A stretch of DNA of 64,000 bases from Haliotis rufescens (lineage: Eukaryota), in the NCBI RefSeq assembly GCF_023055435.1, contig NW_025964235.1, forward strand, positions 1,922,001 through 1,986,000, read 5' to 3'. Below the pieces are notes generated by a model that was given only the letters and a program-made list of their open reading frames with translations, made no database searches and had not been told where the DNA came from. Numbering within the stretch: the first letter of the stretch is position 1; every line of letters begins with the position of its first letter. A program made the position numbers and the translations under genes. Of this stretch, positions 39,503-50,306 are shown piece by piece.

Positions 39503-40358
39503 GAATACACCCCACTAGTGACACATGTAATACAACCCACTAGTGACACATGTAATACACCCCACTAGTGACACATGTAATACACCCCACTAGTGACACA
39601 TGTAATACACCCCAATAGTGACACATGGAATACACCCCACTAGTGACACATGTAATACACCCCACTAGTGACACATGTAATACACCCCACTAGTGACACA
39701 TGTAATACACCCCACTAGTGACGCATGTAATACACCCCGCTAGTGAAGCATGTAATACACCCCACTAGTGACACATGTAATACACCCCACTAGTGACGCA
39801 TGTAATACACCCCACTAGTGACACATGTAATACACCCCACTAGTGACACATGTAAATACACCCCACTAGTGACGCATGTAATACACCCCGCTAGTGACGC
39901 ATGTAATACACCCCACTAGTGACACATGTAATACAACCCGCAAGTGACACATGTAATACGCCCCACTAGTGACACATGTAATACACCCCACTTGTGACAC
40001 ATGTAATACACCCCACTAGTGACACATGTAATACACCCCACTAGTGACACATGGAATACACCCCACTAGTGACACATGTAATACACCCCACTGGTGACAC
40101 ATGGAATACACCCCACTAGTGACACATGTAATACACCCCACTAGTGACACATGTAATACACCCCACTAGTGACACATGGAATACACCCCACTAGTGACAC
40201 ATGGAATACACCCCACTAGTGACACATGTAATACACCCCACTAGTGACAACATGTAATACACCCCACTAGTGACACATGTAATACACCCCACTAGTGACA
40301 CATGGAATACACCCCACTAGTGACACATGTAATACACCCCACTAGTGACAACATGTAA
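39503..40358. repeat. 25-bp intronic minisatellite
   Basis: Unit ATACACCCCACTAGTGACACATGTA. Confidence 0.97.
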
Positions 40359-40536
40359 ATGTCTATGACCTTCATCACTTCGGGCTTACCTCCCACATTA
40401 AGCTGACACACCGCAATATAACTGGAATACTGTTGAAAGCTGTGTTAAATCCAACTCACTCACTTCAGCTCATGGTACACACCAATAGTGATATATGAAA
40501 CTCATTATCTTAAATCCTATGACTTGTTTTCATCAG

Positions 40537-40689
40537 ATGTGTGAAGGCCGCTTTGTCGCGGTGGACAAGCTGGATCTGTCACCCCCAGGGAAAGATGCCC
40601 TGCCCACTCCCGCAGTCACCTCTAAACACTGCCACCAGGTGGCGCTAGGCACACAAACTGGCGCCATCTATCTCCTCCACAATTTTACT
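40537..40689 (+). CDS. Beta-propeller protein exon 5
   Basis: CATCAG acceptor, 153 nt, MCEGRF...QVALGTQTGAIYLLHNFT; GTAAGT donor. Confidence 0.88.
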
Positions 40690-40903
40690 GTAAGTCACCC
40701 TTTCTTGCATTGTGTGTCTCTTCATTGCTTAAAAAGGGTTTATGTACTTTTTCTGGAATTATATAAAAGCTTTGACACAGGAGAACATTGAGTATGAAAG
40801 TGACAAGATGTTGTCCTGTTAAAAGAGGATTAGGTTTCAAGGTGGGCTGATGACACAGGTTAGTGATAAATTAAATAATTGTAGTTGTACCATCTGTTGT
40901 CAG

Positions 40904-41038
40904 ATAACTGTTGATGAATTTGCCAACGCCCAGAGTCAAGTGACCAACATTGCCACACTGAGTCGGCCGGACTCCGACACCGACATGCTGCTGTGCTGTG
41001 GGCAGTTCAACCACCTCAACACCTACCATGATGGACAG
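40904..41038 (+). CDS. Beta-propeller protein exon 6
   Basis: TGTCAG acceptor, 135 nt, ITVDEFANAQSQVT...MLLCCGQFNHLNTYHDGQ; GTGAGT donor. Confidence 0.88.
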
Positions 41039-41150
41039 GTGAGTAGCGGATTTCTCCTGCCGTCTGGCTGTCTCGTCTTCAGCGTACTGCCAGTGTTAAG
41101 GCTATTGTAATCTTTTCAATTTGGGGGCAAAAAAATAGTTTTTACAACTC

Positions 41151-41298
41151 ATCCTGCATTACTCCTTATTGCATTTACTGCTTACCTTATGACAGAAACG
41201 AAGCTTGCGATGGTCTTAGCTGTGCGATGGTCTCAGCGGCAGACATTTTATTTCTGCCATAAGGTAAGCAGTAGATGCATTAAGGAGTGATGCAGGAT
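41151..41298. mobile_element. Hairpin MITE in intron 6
   Basis: ATCCTGCATTACTCCTTATTGCATTTACTGCTTACCTTATG pairs with CATAAGGTAAGCAGTAGATGCATTAAGGAGTGATGCAGGAT. Confidence 0.7.
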
Positions 41299-41677
41299 AA
41301 GTAAACAAATGTAAAGAATATTTAGATTTTACTAAAACTCATTGCCTGCCTGTATACTATGTACATTCTCTACACAGGTGGTCCTGTATACTATGTACAT
41401 TCTCTACACAGGTGGTTTTTTTGTGTGCATTATGCTCAACAACCTGCAGGAACCTTTTGCTGCATTGAAGTCAAGTCATTTTGATATATGGACCTACAAA
41501 CTATAAAACTCTTAAATAAGACCTTAAACTTGGTGGCTGAAAATCTGTATTACCCATGGATAATCAAACATCCTAATGTCCTGAATTAACAGTATTTTGG
41601 TTATCATGAACACAAATATCCCATCCCAGCATGGTACGGTAGATGCTTGTAGTCATGTCCGTGTGTCCCTGTTTCAG

Positions 41678-41809
41678 CTGGTGGCTGAATTCCCAACTCC
41701 GGACTGGATCAACAGCCTGGCGGTGGCAGACATTGACAATGATGGTGTTGCAGAGGCCGTAGTTGGCTGTCTAGATCACTCTGTGCATGCTATTAAGATA
41801 CTCTCCTGA
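41678..41809 (+). CDS. Beta-propeller protein exon 7 (last)
   Basis: TTTCAG acceptor; LVAEFPTPDWINSLAVADIDNDGVAEAVVGCLDHSVHAIKILS*; spliced CDS totals 1101 nt (366 aa). Confidence 0.88.
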   Translation: MVAEFPTPDWINSLAVADIDNDGVAEAVVGCLDHSVHAIKILS

Positions 41810-42591
41810 TGTCTGATGGTAGGGTAACTAGCTACAGTGCATATGAAGAGCACTCCTGCCGTATGCAAATGAGTCGTACCACACGAGGGGAGTCTAAGGC
41901 AAGTTCACAGTCAGTAGCCAGTGTGTGCACCGTGTGCATCAGCGCAGGACTCACACCTTTGCCTCATTCAGGCCACTAAACAGTCGAGAAAGTCCAGGGA
42001 AGGGCATTCCATATCTGAGGAAAGAAACAGAACTCCTGCAATGTTTTGGAAGACATCGTCAATGTTGCTCCACTTATCCTGGACATGATTGGTGACTTAT
42101 CAAGGGATGTTGCAGGCCCAGGTAACACAGTAGCATTACGCGAGCAACTCTAGCTCCTTCTCCACTGATTGGCTGTCCACTGCAGGTGTCGTCTCCACCA
42201 CTGGAGACGTCCTAGTAGATGTTTTACGTCAGATGGCTGGTGCATCACACATATGCTGTAGATGTGTAGCCGTCACTGGACTCTCCTTAAAGCTACATCT
42301 GTGTTGCCTGTGGTGAAGTATGTGTGTCATGTTTCAATCTCCTCAAAACGCTGAAAAAGTGGTGATTTCTGAACTCCAAAGATTGCTTAGAGTGACAATG
42401 AATGGGATTAGTTATATGGCACTTTATAATGAACATGTGAAGCAATTTCTCTGAAATATACCAGCAACAATTGGTTGTTTTTCTTCAAGCTTTTTCATAA
42501 ACCTTTTTCCTGGTTCAAATCCAAAACTTCAAGATTTGTAAGTGAAAAAAGTTCAAGTCGCAAAACCTTTTGCCTTTGAGTATATGTGCTA

Positions 42592-43203
42592 CCAGTACTG
42601 TGTACTGCAGTGTACTACAGTGTACTGCTATGTACTCCTGTGTACTACAGTGTACTCCTGTGTACTACAGTGTACTCCAGTGTACTGCTATGTACTCCAG
42701 TGTACTACAGTGTACTGCTATGTACTCCAGTGTTCTACAGTGTACTGCTATGTACTCCTGTGTACTACAGTGTACTCCTGTGTACTACAGTGTACTCCAG
42801 TGTACTACAGTGTACTGCTATGTACTCCAGTGTACTACAGTGTACTGCTATGTACTCCTGTGTACTACAGTGTACTACAGTGTACTGCTATGTACTCCTG
42901 TGTACTACAGTGTACTGCTATGTACTCCTGTGTACTACAGTGTACTACAGTGTACTGCTATGTACTCCTGTGTACTACAGTGTACTGCAGTGTACTGCTA
43001 TGTACTACAGTGTACTACAGTGTACTGCTATGTACTCCTGTGTACTACAGTGTACTACAGTGTTCTACAGTGTACTGCTATGTACTCCTGTGTACTACAG
43101 TGTACTACAGTGTACTGCTATGTACTCCTGTGTACTACAGTGTACTGCAGTGTACTGCTATGTACTACAGTGTACTACAGTGTACTGCTATGTACTACTA
43201 CTG
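42592..43203. repeat. 10-bp minisatellite
   Basis: TGTACTACAG / TGTACTGCTA / TGTACTCCTG variants. Confidence 0.97.
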
Positions 43204-44020
43204 TGACAAGATCAGTGTCCCAACCTTGGTGAGAACAGGTCCCTGGTGAGAACTGCTTGTCCTGAGTGATGGTGGCTACAAGGATCAGGTGTTGCGTGTC
43301 CTCCTCCCTGATTCCACGGCTGCAGATGGTTTTGTCTGTCCCAGGTTTGATTGCAGGCCGCCATGTTGTGGCTGGTATGATGTGGGTGGTATACTGCTAA
43401 CTGGGTTGTCACCAAACAGGAACTGATGTGCCAGCGGGTATCGGAACTATTGTGTATTGCCAGTTGTGATCATGACTTTGTAGTGAGTTGTGTAATATGC
43501 ATGTAAGAGGTTGATGAAAGACACACTGTGTGTGTCCGTGTGTGTCCATTAAATCCTGTGATTTATATGAATGGGTGTTTTGGGGGGACCAAAACATGGA
43601 CAGCAAATATATTATTACTGAAAATCTTTTTTATGTTGACTTTTTGCTCTATAAATATTGTCATCTTGTCATCTTGTCATATTGTCGAGTTGTGTGGCTG
43701 TGCTGTACAAATATGGAACAGTTCCATACTGTTTTAGCTGATATAACAAGAAACATTTTTTTTAAAAACAAATCTGCAACTGTATTAGGTCAAGACGCCC
43801 ATGGACCCCACAGGCATATTTCAATGATGGACAACTAACATGATGGACATAACTGCAGCGTTAATAACCAATGAATCATAAACTCCAGCATCAGCCTGCA
43901 TGAATCACATAGCATCCTGATCAACATGTCTCCCTTGGTGTCCAGCCTATCTTGCCATCTAAGCAAGTCTGCGGACCACTCTGTTCAAATAGTGTCAGTG
44001 TATCTGTCACAGAAGCTGTG

Positions 44021-44155
44021 TCAGTCCATGGTGAAGATCCGCGAGGCAATGTCATCGATGACCCAGTCGATTCCTTCCAGCAGGTGTTGACCAGTCACAG
44101 CACTGCAGTCTTGGATCAGCCAGTGATGCGTCTTGATGTTGTCCAGCTCCAGAGC
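44021..44155 (-). CDS. ARL2: ADP-ribosylation factor-like 2, exon 5 (last)
   Basis: [44 protein letters not shown]; G5 motif CSA. Confidence 0.95.
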   Translation of the reverse strand, partial: ALELDNIKTHHWLIQDCSAVTGQHLLEGIDWVIDDIASRIFTMD

Positions 44156-44284
44156 CTGACACACAATACCAGTAAACATGGTAACAAGTGACAACACAAT
44201 AACACTCTACAAAATAACAGTGTCACATCAACATATCAAGTGAGTGAGTGTTTTGATAGGCATTACTTAGAAGTTAATGTATGA

Positions 44285-44937
44285 CAAAGTAGACACAATT
44301 TATGGATAACAACTTCTTTAATACTGTAAAAAGCAACGTTTCAGTGTAGATCCTTATACCGTTGTCAAGCAGGACTGAATGAGGGACATTGTACAGAATA
44401 TATATAGTAGGTGGAGGTGGAAATATCCCGCCCCATCAACACCAGAATAAAAGAGCACAAAACCTCAACCATCTCGGAGCATATCAGCAACTGTCCTGAT
44501 CACAACATCAACCAGGACAACATCCAAATCCTCACCAACAACCTCCATGATTTAACTAAAAGAAAACTAACAGAAGCAGTCCATATTTGCCGCCACAAGC
44601 CATCAATCAACAGAGACCAAGGCTTTTTCATCCCATCCGCCTACTATGAACTCATCAAGAAATAATCACTGTTTTATTGGCTTCCACCTATGTGTTCTCT
44701 GTCCATCGCCTTTTTAACAGTATTATCCTTCTGTTGTCAACACTTACTCATGTTATCCCACTCATGTACACAATTGTGGTTACTGTTAATCCTCTACTGT
44801 TAATCCTCCACCTACTATATATTTTCTGTACAATGTCCCTCATTCAGTCTTGCTTGACAACGGTATAAGGATCTGTACCCAAACATCACTTTTTAAAGTA
44901 TTAAAGAAGTTGTTATCCATAAATTGTGTCTACTTTG
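44285..44937 (+). mobile_element. Penelope-like element 3' fragment (GIY-YIG C-terminus) with inverted pseudo-LTRs
   Basis: ORF 44411-44665 RPINTRIKEH...SEH...RKLTEAVHI...KPSINRDQG; 44285-44417 is the reverse complement of 44805-44937. Confidence 0.9.
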
Positions 44938-45202
44938 AGTGAGTTGGGTTTAACGCAGCTTTGAACAGTATTCCAGTTACATCACAGCATGTCAGGTTGA
45001 TGTGGGAGAAAAGTCAGAAGTGATACAGGTCTTATATGTTCACCACTTTGGTGAAACCAACCAGCACCGGTATGGTGCTGACAAACCTAGAAACAAGATT
45101 ATTTATAGGTTTCTGAACACACCACAGGTCGTTCTTGTCTTCAAAACCTATCACTTAAAGCATTGCGACGATGACCAACAACGCATCAGAGGCCATACTC
45201 AC

Positions 45203-45283
45203 CTTCCGGATTTCATCTGATGTCAGTGCACCAGGCAAGTCCTGCTTGTTTGCAAACACCAAAAGTGTTGCTCCAGCTAGTCT
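45203..45283 (-). CDS. ARL2: ARL2 exon 4
   Basis: RLAGATLLVFANKQDLPGALTSDEIRK (G4 NKQD); canonical AG/GT sites. Confidence 0.96.
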
Positions 45284-45559
45284 CTGAAACATACATGAAG
45301 AAAATATACACGCAGAAACAAGACCTGACCTGATTATGCTTACAATAGTTAAATCAGTTAGAAAGGCACCAACTTTGAACTCTTCAGTAACCATCTGGGA
45401 CAAATCATTGCTATTGGATGAGCCAAAATTATCAATCCCATTTTGAGGAAAATTAGCACAGACTAAGAAAGTCACTATTTTTTAAAGCCAGTGGCAAAAA
45501 TAAATCATATTACTCAAGTATCCTATCCAAAGCCTCCTCCACCTCTAGTAGCTTCTCCT

Positions 45560-45868
45560 GTGGAGATCCGAGTTAGACTAGGTCCTCAGCCACCCATGGT
45601 TGCCATAATAAGCAACTATACTTGTCGTAAGAGGCTACTAACGGGATCGGGTGTCGTATCCCAATTGTCATATTGATGAAATATTGCTGAGTGTGGCGTT
45701 AAACTGAACTGACTGAGTATGGTTTAACGCCACTTTTAGCAATATTCCAGCAATATCACGGCAGGGGACACCAGAAATGGGCTTCACACATTGTACCCAT
45801 GTCGGAAATCGAACCCGGGTCTTAAGCGTGATGAGCGAATGCTTTAACCACTGGGCTACTCGACCATC
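45560..45868. mobile_element. Tail-to-tail SINE pair (family C truncated on +, family B on -)
   Basis: Homology to 24462-24725 and 16824-16988. Confidence 0.82.
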
Positions 45869-48800
45869 CTCCGGTAGCCTATCCTAAGCCTCATCTCCTC
45901 CAGTAGCCTATCCTAAGCCTCACATCCTCCGGTAGCCTATCCTAAGCCTCACCTCCTCCAGTAGCCTATCCCAAGCCTCACTTCCACAAGCCTATCCTAA
46001 GCCTCATCTCCTCCAGTAGCCTATCCTAAGCCTCACATCCTCCAGTAGCCTATCCTAAGCCTCGTCTCCTCCAGTAGCCTATCCTAAGCCTCACATCCTC
46101 CAGTAGCCTATCCTAAGCCTCACCTCCTCCGGTAGCCTATCCTAAGCCTCACTTCCACAAGCCTATCCTAAGCCTCACCTCCTCCAGTAGCCTATCCTAA
46201 GCCTCACATCCTCCAGTAGCCTATCCTCAGCCTCATCTCCTCCAGTAGCCTATCCTAAGCCTCACATCCTCCAGTAGCCTATCCTAAGCCTCACATCCTC
46301 CGGTAGCCTATCCTAAGCCTCACCTCCTCCGGTAGCCTATCCTAAGCCTCACCTCCTCCGGTAGCCTATCCTAAGCCTCACCTCCTCCAGTAGCCTATCC
46401 TAAGCCTCACTTCCACAAGCCTATCCTAAGCCTCACCTCCTCCAGTAGCCTATCCTAAGCCTCACTTCCACAAGCCTATCCTAAGCCTCACCTCCTCCAG
46501 TAGCCTATCCTAAGCCTCACTTCCACAAGCCTATCCTAAGCCTCACATCCTCCGTAGCCTATCCTAAGCCTCAACTCCTCCAGTAGCCTATCCTAAGCCT
46601 CACTTCCACAAGCCTAACCTAAGCCTCACATCCTCCAGTAGCCTATCCTAAGCCTCACCTCCTCCAGTAGCCTATCCTAAGCCTCACCTCCTCCAGTAGC
46701 CTATCCTAAGCCTCACCTCCTCCAGTAGCCTATCCCAAGCCTCACTTCCACAAGCCTATCCTAAGCCTCATCTCCTCCAGTAGCCTATCCTAAGCCTCAC
46801 ATCCTCCAGTAGCCTATCCTAAGCCTCACATCCTCCAGTAGCCTATCATAAGCCTCACATCCTCCAGTAGCCTATCCAAAGCCTCGTCTCCTCTGGTAGC
46901 CTATCCTAAGCCTCACATCCTCCGTAGCCTATCCTAAGCCTCACATCCTCCAGTAGCCTATCCTCAGCCTCATCTCCTCCAGTAGCCTATCCTAAGCCTC
47001 ACATCCTCCAGTAGCCTATCCTAAGCCTCACATCCTCCGGTAGCCTATCCTAAGCCTCACCTCCTCCGGTAGCCTATCCTAAGCCTCACCTCCTCCGGTA
47101 GCCTATCCTAAGCCTCACCTCCTCCAGTAGCCTATCCTAAGCCTCACTTCCACAAGCCTATCCTAAGCCTCACCTCCTCCAGTAGCCTATCCTAAGCCTC
47201 ACTTCCACAAGCCTATCCTAAGCCTCACCTCCTCCAGTAGCCTATCCTAAGCCTCACTTCCACAAGCCTATCCTAAGCCTCACATCCTCCGTAGCCTATC
47301 CTAAGCCTCAACTCCTCCAGTAGCCTATCCTAAGCCTCACTTCCACAAGCCTAACCTAAGCCTCACATCCTCCAGTAGCCTATCCTAAGCCTCACCTCCT
47401 CCAGTAGCCTATCCTAAGCCTCACCTCCTCCAGTAGCCTATCCTAAGCCTCACCTCCTCCAGTAGCCTATCCCAAGCCTCACTTCCACAAGCCTATCCTA
47501 AGCCTCATCTCCTCCAGTAGCCTATCCTAAGCCTCACATCCTCCAGTAGCCTATCCTAAGCCTCACATCCTCCAGTAGCCTATCATAAGCCTCACATCCT
47601 CCAGTAGCCTATCCAAAGCCTCGTCTCCTCTGGTAGCCTATCCTAAGCCTCACATCCTCCGTAGCCTATCCTAAGCCTCAACTCCTCCAGTAGCCTATCC
47701 TAAGCCTCACTTCCACAAGCCTAACCTAAGCCTCACATCCTCCAGTAGCCTATCCTAAGCCTCACCTCCTCCAGTAGCCTATCCTAAGCCTCACCTCCTC
47801 CAGTAGCCTATCCTAAGCCTCACCTCCTCCAGTAGCCTATCCCAAGCCTCACTTCCACAAGCCTATCCTAAGCCTCATCTCCTCCAGTAGCCTATCCTAA
47901 GCCTCACATCCTCCAGTAGCCTATCCTAAGCCTCACATCCTCCAGTAGCCTATCATAAGCCTCACATCCTCCAGTAGCCTATCCAAAGCCTCGTCTCCTC
48001 CGGTAGCCTATCCTAAGCCTCACATCCTCCGTAGCCTATCCTAAGCCTCAACTCCTCCAGTAGCCTATCCTAAGCCTCACTTCCACAAGCCTAACCTAAG
48101 CCTCACATCCTCCAGTAGCCTATCCTAAGCCTCACCTCCTCAAGTAGCCTATCCTAAGCCTCACTTCCACAAGCCTATCCTAAGCCTCACATCCTCCAGT
48201 AGCCTATCCTAAGCCTCAACTCCACAAGCCTGTCCTAAGCCTCAACTCCACAAGCCTATCCTAAGCCTCACATCCTCCGTAGCCTATCCTAAGCCTCAAC
48301 TCCTCCAGTAGCCTATCCTAAGCCTCACTTCCACAAGCCTAACCTGAGCCTCACATCCTCCAGTAGCCTATCCTAAGCCTCACTTCCACAAGCCTATCCT
48401 AAGCCTCACCTCCTCCAGTAGCCTATCCTAAGCCTCACTTCCACAAGCCTATCCTAAGCCTCACCTCCTCCAGTAGCCTATCCTAAGCCTCACTGCCACA
48501 AGCCTATCCTAAGCCTCACATCCTCCGTAGCCTATCCTAAGCCTCAACTCCTCCAGTAGCCTATCCTAAGCCTCACTTCCACAAGCCTAACCTAAGCCTC
48601 ACATCCTCCAGTAGCCTATCCTAAGCCTCACCTCCTCCAGTAGCCTATCCTAAGCCTCACCTCCTCCAGTAGCCTATCCTAAGCCTCACCTCCTCCAGTA
48701 GCCTATCCCAAGCCTCACTTCCACAAGCCTATCCTAAGCCTCATCTCCTCCAGTAGCCTATCCTAAGCCTCACATCCTCCAGTAGCCTATCATAAGCCTC

Positions 48801-49702
48801 ACATCCTCCAGTAGCCTATCCAAAGCCTCGTCTCCTCTGGTAGCCTATCCTAAGCCTCACATCCTCCGTAGCCTATCCTAAGCCTCAACTCCTCCAGTAG
48901 CCTATCCTAAGCCTCACTTCCACAAGCCTAACCTAAGCCTCACATCCTCCAGTAGCCTATCCTAAGCCTCACCTCCTCCAGTAGCCTATCCTAAGCCTCA
49001 CCTCCTCCAGTAGCCTATCCTAAGCCTCACCTCCTCCAGTAGCCTATCCCAAGCCTCACTTCCACAAGCCTATCCTAAGCCTCATCTCCTCCAGTAGCCT
49101 ATCCTAAGCCTCACATCCTCCAGTAGCCTATCCTAAGCCTCAACTCCACAAGCCTGTCCTAAGCCTCAACTCCACAAGCCTATCCTAAGCCTCACCTCCT
49201 CCAGTAGCCTATCCTAAGCCTCACTTCCACAAGCCTATCCTAAGCCTCACATCCTCCGGTAGCCTATCCTAAGCCTTGTCTCCTCCAGTAGCCTATCCTA
49301 AGCCTCACATGCTCCGGTCGCCCATCCTAAGCCTCGTCTCCTCCGGTAGCCTATCCTTAGCCTCACCTCCTCCAGTAGCCTATCCTAAGCCTCACCTCCT
49401 CCGGTAGCCTATCCTAAGCCTCACATCCTCCGGTAGCCTATCCTAAGCCTCCACCTACTCCAGTAGCCTATCCTAAGCCTCACCTCCTCCAGTAGCCTAT
49501 CCTAAGCCTCGTCTCCTCCGGTAGCCTATCCTAAGCCTCGTCTCCTCCAGTAGCCTATCCTAAGCCTCGTCTCCTCCGGTACCCTATCCTAAGCCTCACC
49601 TCCACTGGTAACCTATCCTAAGCCTCTCCTCCTCCGGTAGCCTATCCTAAGCCTCCACCTACTCCAGTAGCTTATCCTGAGCCTCCACCTACTCCAGTAG
49701 CT
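45866..49702. repeat. 29/26-bp minisatellite with higher-order blocks in ARL2 intron 3
   Basis: Units GTAGCCTATCCTAAGCCTCACCTCCTCCA and AAGCCTATCCTAAGCCTCACTTCCAC. Confidence 0.98.
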
Positions 49703-49716
49703 GATCTTCCACTAAC

Positions 49717-49879
49717 CTCCTCGAGGAGCAGTGCCTGCAGCTCCTGCTTACAATCCTGAAGTCTCATCCTGTCTGCACTGTCTACCACCCAGATCAGGCC
49801 ATCAGTGCTCTCAAAGTAGTTCCGCCAGTACGAGCGTAATGATTTCTGTCCGCCCACATCCCAGACATTTAGTTTAAAC
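49717..49879 (-). CDS. ARL2: ARL2 exon 3
   Basis: [54 protein letters not shown] (G3 WDVGGQ). Confidence 0.97.
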
Positions 49880-50010
49880 CTGCAATAAAAGTACACATTC
49901 ATGATTCTACTCAGATTTATTCAACAGCTGCTAATATGACTATCAAGGAAGCAAATCCCTGGACAAGACCAGTATAAATGGACCATAAAATGTCACCATG
50001 ACAACAGTTA

Positions 50011-50306
50011 GGGAGTGAGTTCAGTTTAAACGCAACTTTAAAACTTTTAAAGCAGACATGCCTTGAAATAAATGTAATTAAGTTTTAAAGTTGCGTTTAA
50101 ACTTAATTACATTTATTTCAAGGCATGTCTGCTTACATGGAAAGGCAAAAGTGACACGTCCTCAACATTTACTACTTTGGTGAAACCAGAAAGCACAATT
50201 ATGGTGCTGACAGATCAAGAATCAAGGTGAACTCGGGATTAGAACCCAACTCTGCACAATGAATTCCAGTGCCTTGGACAGACCACTGTGCCACCAGTGC
50301 CCAGTA
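50011..50306 (-). mobile_element. Old tRNA-derived SINE (family D)
   Basis: Minus-strand A box TGGCACAGTGG and B box GGTTCTAATCC; body similar to ~44938-45100 and weakly to 52845-52905. Confidence 0.65.

Noticed and set aside
42542-43249. Cys/Tyr/Val-rich ORFs
   Set aside because: Arise from the 10-bp tandem repeat.
45010-45100. Recurring intronic motif (also ~50170 and ~52870) first taken for a snoRNA
   Set aside because: Part of an old SINE; the 50011-50306 copy has a tRNA-like head, and no C/D or H/ACA layout is evident.
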